64,000 bases of DNA from Bdellovibrionota bacterium (GCA_041740355.1 JBGSMD010000063.1:1-64000); one strand, 5' to 3'; shown: positions 30,215 to 40,256, numbered from the stretch's first letter. Numbers and translations: made by a program. The notes: generated by a model not told the origin, from the sequence alone.

Positions 30215-31254
30215 ATTTGCTCTAATCCTTTAATTAATCTTTGGTTTTCTTCTGCTGTACCGACAGATACTCTTAAACAATTATCGACTAAAGGATGTGG
30301 ACTAATTCGTCGGACAAGCAGGCCTTGAGATTTTAAAAACTCATAAGCCTTAACTGAATCCTCAACTTTTATCATCAAGAAATTGGCATCACTTGGATAT
30401 ACACGTAAAATTTTAGAATTATTCAGAAAAGCATTTTCTAAAATCTTTCTATCTTTCAATAATTGTAGAACTGAATTCCTTGTAAAATTTACATCTACAA
30501 ATGCTTCTTCCGCTCGCAGTTGCGTAAGAAGATTGATATTATAAGGCATCTTGATAGTATTTAAGATTTGGATAATTTCTGGAGAAGCAAAAGCCATTCC
30601 CAAACGCAAAGCAGCCAAGCCCCAAGCCTTGGAAAGGGTTTGTAATACAATCAAATTGTTGAAATTAGCTAATTCTGTGATTAGGCTTCTTTCTTCCGCA
30701 AAATCAATATACGCTTCATCGACAATGACGATTCCCGAAAAGCTATCGATTAACTCAATTAAATCAGATCGTTTAGCACAGTTACCTGTGGGATTATTTG
30801 GCGAGCAAAGAAAAAGGATTTTGGTTAAAGGAGAAAAAGATAATTTAATTGCCGGAATATCTAATTGAAAGTCAGGTAATAAATCTACTTTTACAACTTC
30901 TATATTATTTACAGAAGCAGCAACTGCATACATCCCAAAGGTTGGTGGTGTAATAATTACTTGATCCCGACCACCATTACAGAAAATTCGAATTAGCAAA
31001 TCAATAATTTCATCGCTACCATTTCCAATAAAAATTTGTTCTGTTGAAACTTCTTTTAATTTTGAGATTCGATGCTTCAATGCTTTTTGATAAGGATCCG
31101 GATAACGATTTAACTCTAACGAATCGGGACTTTTTGGGTTTTCATTGGCATCAAGTAAGATCATCCCTTGCCCAGATGCTTCTCCCCTTGCCGATTTATA
31201 AGGCACAACTTCAAGAATATGTGGATTTACAAGTTGCTTTAAATTAATCTTCAT
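30211..31254 (-). CDS. hisC: Histidinol-phosphate aminotransferase
   Basis: [44 protein letters not shown]. Confidence 0.95.
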   Translation of the reverse strand: MKINLKQLVNPHILEVVPYKSARGEASGQGMILLDANENPKSPDSLELNRYPDPYQKALKHRISKLKEVSTEQIFIGNGSDEIIDLLIRIFCNGGRDQVIITPPTFGMYAVAASVNNIEVVKVDLLPDFQLDIPAIKLSFSPLTKILFLCSPNNPTGNCAKRSDLIELIDSFSGIVIVDEAYIDFAEERSLITELANFNNLIVLQTLSKAWGLAALRLGMAFASPEIIQILNTIKMPYNINLLTQLRAEEAFVDVNFTRNSVLQLLKDRKILENAFLNNSKILRVYPSDANFLMIKVEDSVKAYEFLKSQGLLVRRISPHPLVDNCLRVSVGTAEENQRLIKGLEQI

Positions 31255-32743
31255 AAAACATTAAATCTAAATTAGTAGCTAAACAGGCAAGGTCTTGATA
31301 ATTTACAACCTTAATTGGCGCATCTAAAAGCTGATAAAGTTTTCTAGATAATTGATTACACAAAATATCTACTAGTGGAAAGGCAAGTTTTGGATCAGGA
31401 ACTATTAATAATCGGGAGGTTCTCTTTACAGAATCTGAGATTGCTTCAAGTGGCAGTGGCCAAATCTGTTTTAAAATTAAAATTTCAGGCTCTAATGAGT
31501 CTGATGATTCTAAAAAACCTAAAACTTCTGAAGCCGCATTACCCCAGCTTAGAATGGTGAAATTCTCGCCTTGGCAAAACAGATGATCAAATTTATTTTG
31601 GAAATCTACTAGCGAGCTAGGACTATCAACAAAATTAATAACAATCCCTTCTGTATTCTGTTTAGAATTTTGTGGGGAAAGATAATCTAAAAGAAGCTTA
31701 GACTTTTGGGACCTCGAATATTCCAAAAGTAGATTAGTACTTATGTTAGTTAGGTCACTAGCCATAACTTGAACCGATAAATTAGAAATGAAATTTAATT
31801 GATTCAATTCTAATAAGTAGCGATCAAGCTTAGAAGAGCGAATCCTAATTTTTATTGAGGGCGACTTAGAAACAACGGCTGCTAAAACTTGAGCAGAAAG
31901 ATTCACAGCTGGGGAATCTCCGACTTCTATTATGCTAGAATCATTTTCTTCCAGAATTACTTTAGTTTGATCCGTAATCACTTCTAAAGTTTCTAAGATA
32001 TTAATTTTCCTTTGTTGATATGCTTCGTGAAGAACGATTAGTGGGTTGTAATTACTCTCGGCAAAGCTAGTTGGAATAAGTAAGTAATTTACGTTTGAAG
32101 TTGAATGGGTCAAAAGATCGAAAGCTTCCAAAAGATTAAAAGTACGAATCTGAGCAACAGCAGTGGAAGCTCCTGAAGTAAGCAATAATTTTTCTAAATC
32201 TTCGAATCGAATCTGTCGGTCATCATAAACAAGAAATGATGTTAAGTTCTGCTTGGCAATTTGGAATACTTGAGCAAGCTTTTGTATCTCAGCAAGGGTA
32301 GAATAATTAAATTCCGAAATTAATGTTAGTGGAGACTTCGTTAAACCTTCTAATACAGATATCTCCTGATTCTTAAGAGCATATAAATTTAAAAGTTTAT
32401 ATTGATGGTAGTGCGCTAACATCTCTTCTGTCGAACTCTCTCTCACTAATACATTACTTACAAATTCCTTAGCTGTTGAAAATTCAAGACGAAGAGTTTC
32501 TCCGAGTAGGTTCGGAATTAAACTAACAATTATGCTATTTGAAGAGCAGGCCAAGAGTCCCGAAAGTACAATTGCTTCTAGATAATTCACAGCGCTCTGC
32601 TCCAAATTGCTAGCAGATTTAATTTTGTTAATACGTGTGACTGCCTGATAAATTTTACTTAAAACAGTATAAGAATACTTATAAGGCTCGTAAACCGTGT
32701 ATTGGTAATCTGATTGTGGATTGAAGCTAACTGGTAATGTCAT
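31244..32743 (-). CDS. Highly divergent 2-oxoacid dehydrogenase E1 (alpha/beta fusion)-like protein
   Basis: C-terminus TILSWG...LKQIWPL..EAISDSVKRTSRLLIV...LDAPIKVV resembles the E1-beta/transketolase C-terminal domain. No GDG..NN TPP motif is present. Confidence 0.55.
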   Translation of the reverse strand: MTLPVSFNPQSDYQYTVYEPYKYSYTVLSKIYQAVTRINKIKSASNLEQSAVNYLEAIVLSGLLACSSNSIIVSLIPNLLGETLRLEFSTAKEFVSNVLVRESSTEEMLAHYHQYKLLNLYALKNQEISVLEGLTKSPLTLISEFNYSTLAEIQKLAQVFQIAKQNLTSFLVYDDRQIRFEDLEKLLLTSGASTAVAQIRTFNLLEAFDLLTHSTSNVNYLLIPTSFAESNYNPLIVLHEAYQQRKINILETLEVITDQTKVILEENDSSIIEVGDSPAVNLSAQVLAAVVSKSPSIKIRIRSSKLDRYLLELNQLNFISNLSVQVMASDLTNISTNLLLEYSRSQKSKLLLDYLSPQNSKQNTEGIVINFVDSPSSLVDFQNKFDHLFCQGENFTILSWGNAASEVLGFLESSDSLEPEILILKQIWPLPLEAISDSVKRTSRLLIVPDPKLAFPLVDILCNQLSRKLYQLLDAPIKVVNYQDLACLATNLDLMFYED

Positions 32744-32858
32744 GAAAATGCACTGTTAAATTGCTTTGTCGGTCTAGATCCTATACTATACGCCCGATGA
32801 TATAGCTTTTTTCAAAACTTTTAAAGTTGCTATTCTTAGCACCAAAATTTTTGAAAAG

Positions 32859-33089
32859 ATGTACTAGTCAAGTTAAAAAATTAATTTTTTAAAAATTCAG
32901 GCGACTAGTACATTAAGCACTCCGTGCTTCAGGCGACCCTTGGGGGTCGCTAAGGGTGAAATGTTTATAAAATAAACATTTCACCTGGGGAGAACAAATA
33001 TACTAAAACCCAAACAAACTAAAAATGGCGTAGGCATTTTACCAAGCTGTTCAAAATAAGTTAGTGGGTTTTAGTATATCTGAATCAGC
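32859..33089. repeat. Multi-hairpin interspersed repeat (five stems) upstream of rnc
   Basis: ATGTACTAGTC/GACTAGTACAT, AAGCAC/GTGCTT, GCGACCC/GGGTCGC, GGTGAAATGTTTAT/ATAAACATTTCACC, TATACTAAAACCCA/TGGGTTTTAGTATA. Confidence 0.8.
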
Positions 33090-33121
33090 AATTTTTTCTT
33101 TTGCATTCGATAAATTTAGAT

Positions 33122-33820
33122 ATGAATAATCCGCACCGTGCACGGTTACTTGGTGAATTACAGTACCGTCTAAACTACACATTTAAATCCCCTGAACTTT
33201 TAGAAGCAGCAATTACCCATCGCTCTGCAAAAAAATCTAACAAAGGACAAGATTACGAACAACTTGAGTTTATTGGTGATGCCGTCTTAGATTTAGCAGT
33301 TGCTCACCTCTTACTTAAAAATCATCCCAAAAAAAATGAAGGTGAATTATCTAAGATGCGTGCCGCCTTGGTTAACACTGAATCCTTAGCCCAAATATCA
33401 AGAGAATTATCTGTTGGCTTACTAATTAACATGAGCCAAAGTGAACAGAATAGTGGTGGTGCCGATAAAAATTCAATCCTAGCCGATGTTGTCGAAGCGC
33501 TGTTTGGTGCAATTTACTTTGAAGCTGGATTTAGCCGAACTTTTGAAGTTGTTAGACTAATCTTTGATGCACGGACACTCAAAGTGAAACCAAAAGATCC
33601 TAAAACTGAATTACAAGAGAAGCTTCATGCTCTCTCACTTCCCTCTCCAGAATATGTCGTGGAAGATTCCACTGGGCCAGACCACGCTCCAATTTTTTCA
33701 ACGGTAGTGAAAGTCAATGATGAAATTTGTGGACGAGGTTCTGGTAATTCCAAGAAAGCCTCGGAACAAGCGGCTGCCCTAGAAGCTTTAAAAAATATCG
33801 CGGAACAAAACAATGGATAA
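33122..33820 (+). CDS. rnc: Ribonuclease III
   Basis: THRS, EQLEFIGDAVL, NEGELS, ADVVEA, dsRBD DPKTELQE..GPDH. The ATG at 33122 was preferred over TTG at 33101. Confidence 0.96.
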   Translation: MNNPHRARLLGELQYRLNYTFKSPELLEAAITHRSAKKSNKGQDYEQLEFIGDAVLDLAVAHLLLKNHPKKNEGELSKMRAALVNTESLAQISRELSVGLLINMSQSEQNSGGADKNSILADVVEALFGAIYFEAGFSRTFEVVRLIFDARTLKVKPKDPKTELQEKLHALSLPSPEYVVEDSTGPDHAPIFSTVVKVNDEICGRGSGNSKKASEQAAALEALKNIAEQNNG

Positions 33821-35183
33821 TACTCAAAACACAATACCTTTAATCGCAATCGTTGGGCGCACTAATGTGGGCAAATCAACACTTTTTAACTTACTCTCCC
33901 ATCAAAATCTTGCTGTTGTTGCTGATCGCCCAGGTGTTACGAGAGATCGCAACTATGTTGTTTTAAACAACTATATCCGCCCCTTTTCTTTGGTTGATAC
34001 TGGTGGATTACTTGGTGAAGAAAATAATAAACTAGCTAATGCCGTTACCGAACAAACAGAAATCGCCATTCATGAAGCTGATTTAATTTTAGCAATCTTT
34101 GATGGAAAAAATGGAAGTCATCCCCTTGATTTAGAAGTAGTAGATCTACTTCGCCGCAGTAACAAGCCGGTCCTTTGGGTAGTTAATAAATGTGATGGTA
34201 AAGGTTATGAGACAAGAGCAACTGAATTTTATAATTTGGGACTAGAAGAGTTACATCTAATTAGTGCTGCCCATAATGATGGCATCCGTGATCTATTTAA
34301 AGCAATCTGGGACAAGCTATTTATCTTTGATCAGAAGGAACTAAAACCAGAAGAAGAAGACAACACAATTAAAGTAGCAATTTTGGGAAGACCTAATGCT
34401 GGTAAATCTACTTTAATCAACAAGCTTGTTGGTGAGCAACGGCAGATTACTTCCCCGATTGCAGGCACTACTAGAGATAGTGTTAACATCACTCTTACTC
34501 GCGATGGTCATGATTTTAAACTTATTGATACTGCGGGGCTTCGTAAGCAGCGAAACATTGGTAGCCAAACGATGGAGCAAATTTTCTCTTTTCGTACTCT
34601 AAAGTCACTTGCGGAATGTGATGTAGCAGTTCTAATGCTTGATGGAGAAGATGGAATACCCTCACATCAAGATGCCAAGATCGCTGATTTAATTCACCAA
34701 CGCGGCAAGGGTCTAGTAATTGTTGTTAATAAATGGGACGCCGTAGAGAAAGATCATCGTACTGTGAAAATCTACCAGGATGAGATTAAAAAGGTTTTAC
34801 AATTTTGTAGCTATGCTCCGATTGTCTTTACTTCGGCACTTACAGGGAAACGCTGTCCTTCGGTTCTGGAAGCGGTACAAAAAGTGTTTGAAGCAGGTAA
34901 ATTCCGTATAAAAACCAATGAAATTAATAACATCTTAGAAGCGGCTATCCAAAAAAACCCACCTCCAATCTATCGAGGACTCCCTGTAAAATTCTATTTT
35001 GCCACCCAAATTGACGGTAATCCTCCAACCTTTGTTTTATTTTTCAATAACCCTAAGCGAATTACTGAATCATATACCAGATATTTGAAGAATTATATTC
35101 GTGCCCAGCATCATTATGTAGGGTATGATATTAAAATCATTACAAGAAAACGTCGTAGTAAATACGAACAAGAGGGTAAGTAA
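33813..35183 (+). CDS. der: Ribosome biogenesis GTPase Der
   Basis: Two G domains (GRTNVGKS/DTGG/NKCD and GRPNAGKS/DTAG/NKWD) plus a KH-like C-terminus. Confidence 0.96.
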   Translation: MDNTQNTIPLIAIVGRTNVGKSTLFNLLSHQNLAVVADRPGVTRDRNYVVLNNYIRPFSLVDTGGLLGEENNKLANAVTEQTEIAIHEADLILAIFDGKNGSHPLDLEVVDLLRRSNKPVLWVVNKCDGKGYETRATEFYNLGLEELHLISAAHNDGIRDLFKAIWDKLFIFDQKELKPEEEDNTIKVAILGRPNAGKSTLINKLVGEQRQITSPIAGTTRDSVNITLTRDGHDFKLIDTAGLRKQRNIGSQTMEQIFSFRTLKSLAECDVAVLMLDGEDGIPSHQDAKIADLIHQRGKGLVIVVNKWDAVEKDHRTVKIYQDEIKKVLQFCSYAPIVFTSALTGKRCPSVLEAVQKVFEAGKFRIKTNEINNILEAAIQKNPPPIYRGLPVKFYFATQIDGNPPTFVLFFNNPKRITESYTRYLKNYIRAQHHYVGYDIKIITRKRRSKYEQEGK

Positions 35184-35213
35184 CCGTTAAACTCAAAAGT
35201 TCTGCGGTTATAA

Positions 35214-35357
35214 TATAGAAAGTCCAAAAAGTAATCTACTTAAGGAAATTACTTTGTGGGGCTTTTGTTACCCGAGGGATAATAAAATCATATAGTTATT
35301 ACTAAAGACAATTTACTCTATTTTATTAAGACGTAACTTATTTTTGGAATAACTATA
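35214..35357 (+). mobile_element. MITE-like element, TATAG family
   Basis: TATAGAAAGTCCAAAAAGTAAT...CTTATTTTTGGAATAACTATA; collinear homolog at 51389-51536. Confidence 0.78.
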
Positions 35358-35408
35358 AAAACTTATTCCTGACTTCGGCTACGGCTCATTGGACAGAATA
35401 AGTTAAGC

Positions 35409-38348
35409 ATGACTGCAAATAAAAGTTTGGAAAAAATTCGAGAGATTCTTAATGCTCACCCCATCGATGATTATGTTCGTCCGGTGACAGTTAAACGTCT
35501 TAAACATCACGATTTTCAGAAACACCAAAATGAACGAATTAAAGCAGCTAAAACCTTAGCTGATAATATTTACAACCTTTCTAATCTTGAAAGGGTAATT
35601 GATCCTCAAGCCTATCAAAGCACTTTCAAAAGAAACCTTGCTGGCCGAACATCAGAAGACAATCAATTTATTCTTAAATATGCTCAAAAATATTTTAAAG
35701 AACACTTTGGTGAAGCCATTAAAAGAAATGGAGAAAGTCCGGAATTACTAGAACAGATCGTAAAAAGAACCGGTAAAGATAGTCGTACGAAATTTGAGGC
35801 CGCCATCTCTGGTTTTAATGCTCCATTCCTAGCACAAGCAATCTATAAAATAGATCTCTCCGAAGTAAAAGCATTGAGTTCGATTCTTAGTGAACTGGAA
35901 TCATTAGATTCAGAACATTTAAAAGAACTTCAAGTCGAGCTTAAATTGCTTCATTACCTAGAGCTTGCAGAATTATCAATGAAATTTCTAGATCCCAACA
36001 GACCAGATTTAAGATGTTTACAACTCCTGTTACAAAACAAATCGTTGGTAGAAATTGAAAAAATTATCAAGGTGATCGAAGATAATTACCTCCTGAAGGA
36101 AGGAGAAGATACTCCCGGTTTCAATATTTGGTTAGAAAAAAACTTTTCAGGATATGATCTTCAAGCAATCAAGCAAATCTTAAATGGATTAAACCTTAAT
36201 TTTATTGCAGAACAAATCAATTGGATTTTTAACAATAGTGAGAACCTTTGGGTTGACTTTGCCGGATTACAAACACAAAAGCTAGGTACATTAATATTAC
36301 ACGTTGAGCATAATCAAGGAGAAACTTCCCGACTAAACCGTGAAATTCGCCTGCGTCCCTTTATCCAATCAATTACATACTTCTTGAGTGCCCGCCAATT
36401 TAATAATTTAAATCAAATCCTAGAAAAGAACTATGGATTTCATTTAACTCTAGATTTCTACCTCCCAGCTGAGACAACTACACCACTAAGTAATTATCTC
36501 AAATTAGAAAAAGCACTAACTAGCATTGAATACAATGCCTCCATGAAGATGGAAGTTTGTTACTCTGATTATCGAAACTCCCTATACAACTTAACAAAGC
36601 AAGATAGCTCTTTTGATGTGCATCAACCTTTTAATTTGACATTAGCCAAATTGCTTTTTCTCTACATGCTACCGGCAGATCAGCTTTACTTACTAAAAAA
36701 TTCCTGTTTATCTAATTCGAAAAGTACCCTGATAGATCTTTTGCAGAAGCGTGTCTTACGTAAAACAAATAAATCCGACTATTCAAGCTTAATTGAATTA
36801 TTGAATTCAGGACTTGCCCAAAAATTGACTGAATTTGATATAGAGTTTCATTTTGATCAAATTTCCGAAAGTGATTTGCTCATTACAAAGTTAAAGTATT
36901 TAGCTGATGTAGAAAAAAAATTAATTGTTCTGATTGAAAATTTTGACATTAGCCCCGAAGAAAAAGCTGTTCTTTTAATAAATGAACTACAGAAGCTAAA
37001 TTACAAAGAATTAGTCGACATTGATCGTTTATTTCATTTTAAAAACGATTCCAGCTTACTTTTAAAGATTAAGCCTTTAATTTCTCCTGCTGCATTCTTA
37101 AAAATTCAAATTATCCTTTGTGGCTTTAACCCCAAAATCGAAGCCAAAAATCTTCTTGAAAATCACAATTGGCAGTCCTTATTACAAAGAACACCTTTAG
37201 AGATTGCCTTACTCGATGGAGAATTAAAAAAGACCCAGGGCACATCTTTATTGGAGTTGTTAGAAAAACAATCAATTGAAGGCGTTCCAAATGAAGTTCT
37301 ACTAGCTCCAGCCTTTTTTCCATTAGCCAGTCAATTCAAACAAAAAATCTTAGATACACAAGCCTGGAGTAACCTAGAAACAGACTATGTTTACAATAAT
37401 TTTAGAAAATCTCCGACAAGACTACAAGCTTTAGAAACTGCCTATAATTACTTATTTAGCAATCAAGAGGTATCCCAAGAATCAAGCTTTGGCTCTTGGA
37501 GAAACAGCTTTATTATCCAAGTACAACAAAAAAATATTAATAAAATAGAGTATACTACATTGCTCTCACTAGCCGAAGGTATTCCAATTACCTTAATACC
37601 AGATATTTTTAAAATTACAGCAAACAGTGAATTGGGAATCGAGGATCTTCATGAATTAAATTTAATCCTCCGAACTTATCGTCCAAACCTTAAGATCATT
37701 AAAATGCTTTATTTGATTTACGATGGACAATTAAGTTTACGAGAAAGAATTTACAAGTTTAAAGTCTTACCGAGAGATGAGAACCTTAGTCTTTTACTGC
37801 TTGATGGATATGATCCTGAAAAATTAGCCAGGGCATTTATTGAACAATTTAAGTCCGCTAATAAACTATCAATTGAATCTCTCTTCAATCAACTTAGTCC
37901 TAAACATTCTAGTCTGATTCCAGTTAAAGATAACTGGAAAGAAGAGATGTATCATCAACTTAGAATTCGCTACGAAATTTTTTCGGGAAGACGACTGATC
38001 ACTGACATTATGTCATTAATTAAAGATGACTCCGAATTAGAAACTGTCCGTAAAATTTGTGATTTTCTATATGGAGAAATGTCTACTAAGTGTTTTGCCT
38101 TACATCAGGCGATTCAATCAACAAATGCCGATCCTAAATTGATTGTAAAAAAACTACAAAATTTTAAACCATCACAAGTAGAACAGATGGATCACCTCTA
38201 TCTTAGTTATTATGGATTAAGTTTACTTGATGAGTTGGTTAAATTCTTTCCTGATGACGAAGATGATCGCTTTGCCGAAGATCTATTCGGGCGAAGTCAG
38301 GACTGGGAAAACCAAAAACTTAAACTTAAACTTGATTCTGAAAGTTAA
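35409..38348 (+). CDS. Large helical-repeat protein with divergent annexin-like repeats
   Basis: 979 aa. Recurring G[FY][ND]xxxxA starts and L..RS/T..[EQ]...I...Y...YG..L...[IL] segments. Confidence 0.65.
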   Translation: MTANKSLEKIREILNAHPIDDYVRPVTVKRLKHHDFQKHQNERIKAAKTLADNIYNLSNLERVIDPQAYQSTFKRNLAGRTSEDNQFILKYAQKYFKEHFGEAIKRNGESPELLEQIVKRTGKDSRTKFEAAISGFNAPFLAQAIYKIDLSEVKALSSILSELESLDSEHLKELQVELKLLHYLELAELSMKFLDPNRPDLRCLQLLLQNKSLVEIEKIIKVIEDNYLLKEGEDTPGFNIWLEKNFSGYDLQAIKQILNGLNLNFIAEQINWIFNNSENLWVDFAGLQTQKLGTLILHVEHNQGETSRLNREIRLRPFIQSITYFLSARQFNNLNQILEKNYGFHLTLDFYLPAETTTPLSNYLKLEKALTSIEYNASMKMEVCYSDYRNSLYNLTKQDSSFDVHQPFNLTLAKLLFLYMLPADQLYLLKNSCLSNSKSTLIDLLQKRVLRKTNKSDYSSLIELLNSGLAQKLTEFDIEFHFDQISESDLLITKLKYLADVEKKLIVLIENFDISPEEKAVLLINELQKLNYKELVDIDRLFHFKNDSSLLLKIKPLISPAAFLKIQIILCGFNPKIEAKNLLENHNWQSLLQRTPLEIALLDGELKKTQGTSLLELLEKQSIEGVPNEVLLAPAFFPLASQFKQKILDTQAWSNLETDYVYNNFRKSPTRLQALETAYNYLFSNQEVSQESSFGSWRNSFIIQVQQKNINKIEYTTLLSLAEGIPITLIPDIFKITANSELGIEDLHELNLILRTYRPNLKIIKMLYLIYDGQLSLRERIYKFKVLPRDENLSLLLLDGYDPEKLARAFIEQFKSANKLSIESLFNQLSPKHSSLIPVKDNWKEEMYHQLRIRYEIFSGRRLITDIMSLIKDDSELETVRKICDFLYGEMSTKCFALHQAIQSTNADPKLIVKKLQNFKPSQVEQMDHLYLSYYGLSLLDELVKFFPDDEDDRFAEDLFGRSQDWENQKLKLKLDSES

Positions 38349-38498
38349 ATCCTAGATGAAGCGAGTTTGAAAATGGATTTACCTTAAGGAAATTATCTTT
38401 TGAGGCACGAGATTAGCATTTAATATTGATTTTGGTGAAACCAATATTTATCAGCGTTGCAAATCCTATCGTTTAGACATTAATCATGCTCTAAGGAT

Positions 38499-38525
38499 TA
38501 AATTTATTATAGATAATGTCGATAA
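38499..38525 (+). promoter_or_regulatory. Sigma28 (FliA)-like promoter
   Basis: TAAA-N15-GTCGATAA, 40 nt upstream of the 38566 ORF. Confidence 0.5.
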
Positions 38526-38565
38526 ACTCTTTTCATTTAGCTACAAATACCCTTAAAATGGCTTA

Positions 38566-38940
38566 TTGATGATCCATTATAAATACCACCAAAAAGCATT
38601 TTTTAGTCTTAGATTTTTTATCTATGTATTTTTTATTGGTTTTTTTGTGTACTGTGGTTTTTGGGTTGGTCGTTTCTATTATGACTACTACGCTATTCAT
38701 GATGCTGCAAGAAATATTTTTTTAGAAGCACATCGAAAGTCAGATGAGCAAATTCTTACTGCACTAAAAAAGACAATTAGTCTTCATGGTACGCCGATCT
38801 ATAATGAAGACATAAAAATAATTCGTAAGCCTGGCTTAATTAACTTGAAGATTGAGTATAGTGAATATCTCTTTATTGGCGAACTTCCCTTACATAAGTT
38901 TAATTTTTCAATTAATGAAACACGTCAGTTTAAAAAATGA
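38566..38940 (+). CDS. DUF4845-like / pilin-like single-TM protein
   Basis: N-terminal QKAFF plus a hydrophobic helix, YYDYY, and a small beta-rich C-terminus. Confidence 0.6.
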   Translation: MMIHYKYHQKAFFSLRFFIYVFFIGFFVYCGFWVGRFYYDYYAIHDAARNIFLEAHRKSDEQILTALKKTISLHGTPIYNEDIKIIRKPGLINLKIEYSEYLFIGELPLHKFNFSINETRQFKK

Positions 38941-40256
38941 TTTCTAATCATTTCTTGAAACTGATTGCCCCGATCTTCAAAATCTATAAATTGATCAAAG
39001 CTGGCAGCTCCTGGTGATAACAAGAACAATTGCTTTGTTGTAGATTTTAAGAGCCGAGCTTTCGTCCATGCTAGCTGAGTCGCCTCTATCAATTTCTCGG
39101 TGTAGAATTTGTTATTAACCGTTAACTCAGTAAAAACGGTTTTCCCAGTTATTGAATAACAAAAAACACTAATTTCAGGATGATTGTTTAGGTACTCAAT
39201 GATTAATTTCTGCGAAGTCCCTTTAGAATATCCCCCTACGAATAAACTGATTTGATAATTGGAATAGGCTTGTAAGGCAGCGATTACAGCTTCGGGTGCC
39301 GTGGAGATACTATCATCAACCGCTAGTAAGTTGTCTTGATCATAAAAAACTTCTAAACGATGAGGCAATCCTTGAAATGAATCAATAACGGATTGAATGG
39401 CAACTATTTGGTTTTTCCAGTTCAATCCAAATGAACTAGCTATATGTTCTAGAATTCCAACTGCTCCTTGCAAGGTTGCCTGCAAATGATCTGGGTAAAA
39501 ATAAGGATTATTAATTTTCAATTCACAGTTCTCTTCAAGTTTGATTATGTGATCCTTAATTAAATAATTAATTTGCTGATATTCCAAATCTGGACGTTCT
39601 TGATTTAAGAAGTTCGCCGTCTTTTGATTGAAGATAATAAACTGTTTGGCACCTTGGCTAATTCTTAATTTATCTTGATAATATTGAGATAAGGTCAAAT
39701 GCCAACTCAAATGTTCTGGGAAGATCGAAGTCAGTACGGCAACATTTGGTTCAATCTGTAAACTTGCCAGTTGGTAGCTAGATAATTCAATTACTGCTAC
39801 TTGGGCAACTTGATCAATTTGATCCATTAACGGTCGGCCAATGTTTCCAGCTAGTAAGACTTTAATTCCAATAGTCTCTAATAACTCTGCGAGTAATTTA
39901 CAAAAAGTACTTTTCCCTTTACTTCCTGTTACACAAATCTTAAATGACTGATGCTGGTCGAAGAATATTTGATTCGGAGAGAGAACCTTTGCTCCTTTAG
40001 CAAGAGCTTGCTGAATTTGCTCTTGGTAGAGGCTAACTCCGGGAGCCTTAAAAACAATATTATAAGCACTAATCGCACTAGATTCAATAAACCTACTAGG
40101 GAGGGGTAAGGGATCTTGAAACATCTTTTGATCACAATAAACGATCTCCGAAATTAACTTTTTATCAGCAAGATAATGAATCAAGGAAAGGTTTTCACGG
40201 CCTAGTCCATAGAAGCAAATTGAATGCTTATTTTTTATTAGTTCTAAGGTATTCAT
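38925..40256 (-). CDS. murD: UDP-MurNAc-L-Ala--glutamate ligase, MurD2 type
   Basis: GLGREN, APGVS, TGSKGKST (K where canonical MurD has N), GNIG, ELSSYQL, LPHRLE, DDSIST, LSPGAASFDQF; adjacent to murL. Confidence 0.9.
   Translation of the reverse strand: MNTLELIKNKHSICFYGLGRENLSLIHYLADKKLISEIVYCDQKMFQDPLPLPSRFIESSAISAYNIVFKAPGVSLYQEQIQQALAKGAKVLSPNQIFFDQHQSFKICVTGSKGKSTFCKLLAELLETIGIKVLLAGNIGRPLMDQIDQVAQVAVIELSSYQLASLQIEPNVAVLTSIFPEHLSWHLTLSQYYQDKLRISQGAKQFIIFNQKTANFLNQERPDLEYQQINYLIKDHIIKLEENCELKINNPYFYPDHLQATLQGAVGILEHIASSFGLNWKNQIVAIQSVIDSFQGLPHRLEVFYDQDNLLAVDDSISTAPEAVIAALQAYSNYQISLFVGGYSKGTSQKLIIEYLNNHPEISVFCYSITGKTVFTELTVNNKFYTEKLIEATQLAWTKARLLKSTTKQLFLLSPGAASFDQFIDFEDRGNQFQEMIRNHFLN

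Noticed and set aside
35368-35396. Fifth copy of the 30-nt REP-like unit
   Set aside because: It shares GCTACGGC and GGACAG but does not align without gaps; too degenerate to call.
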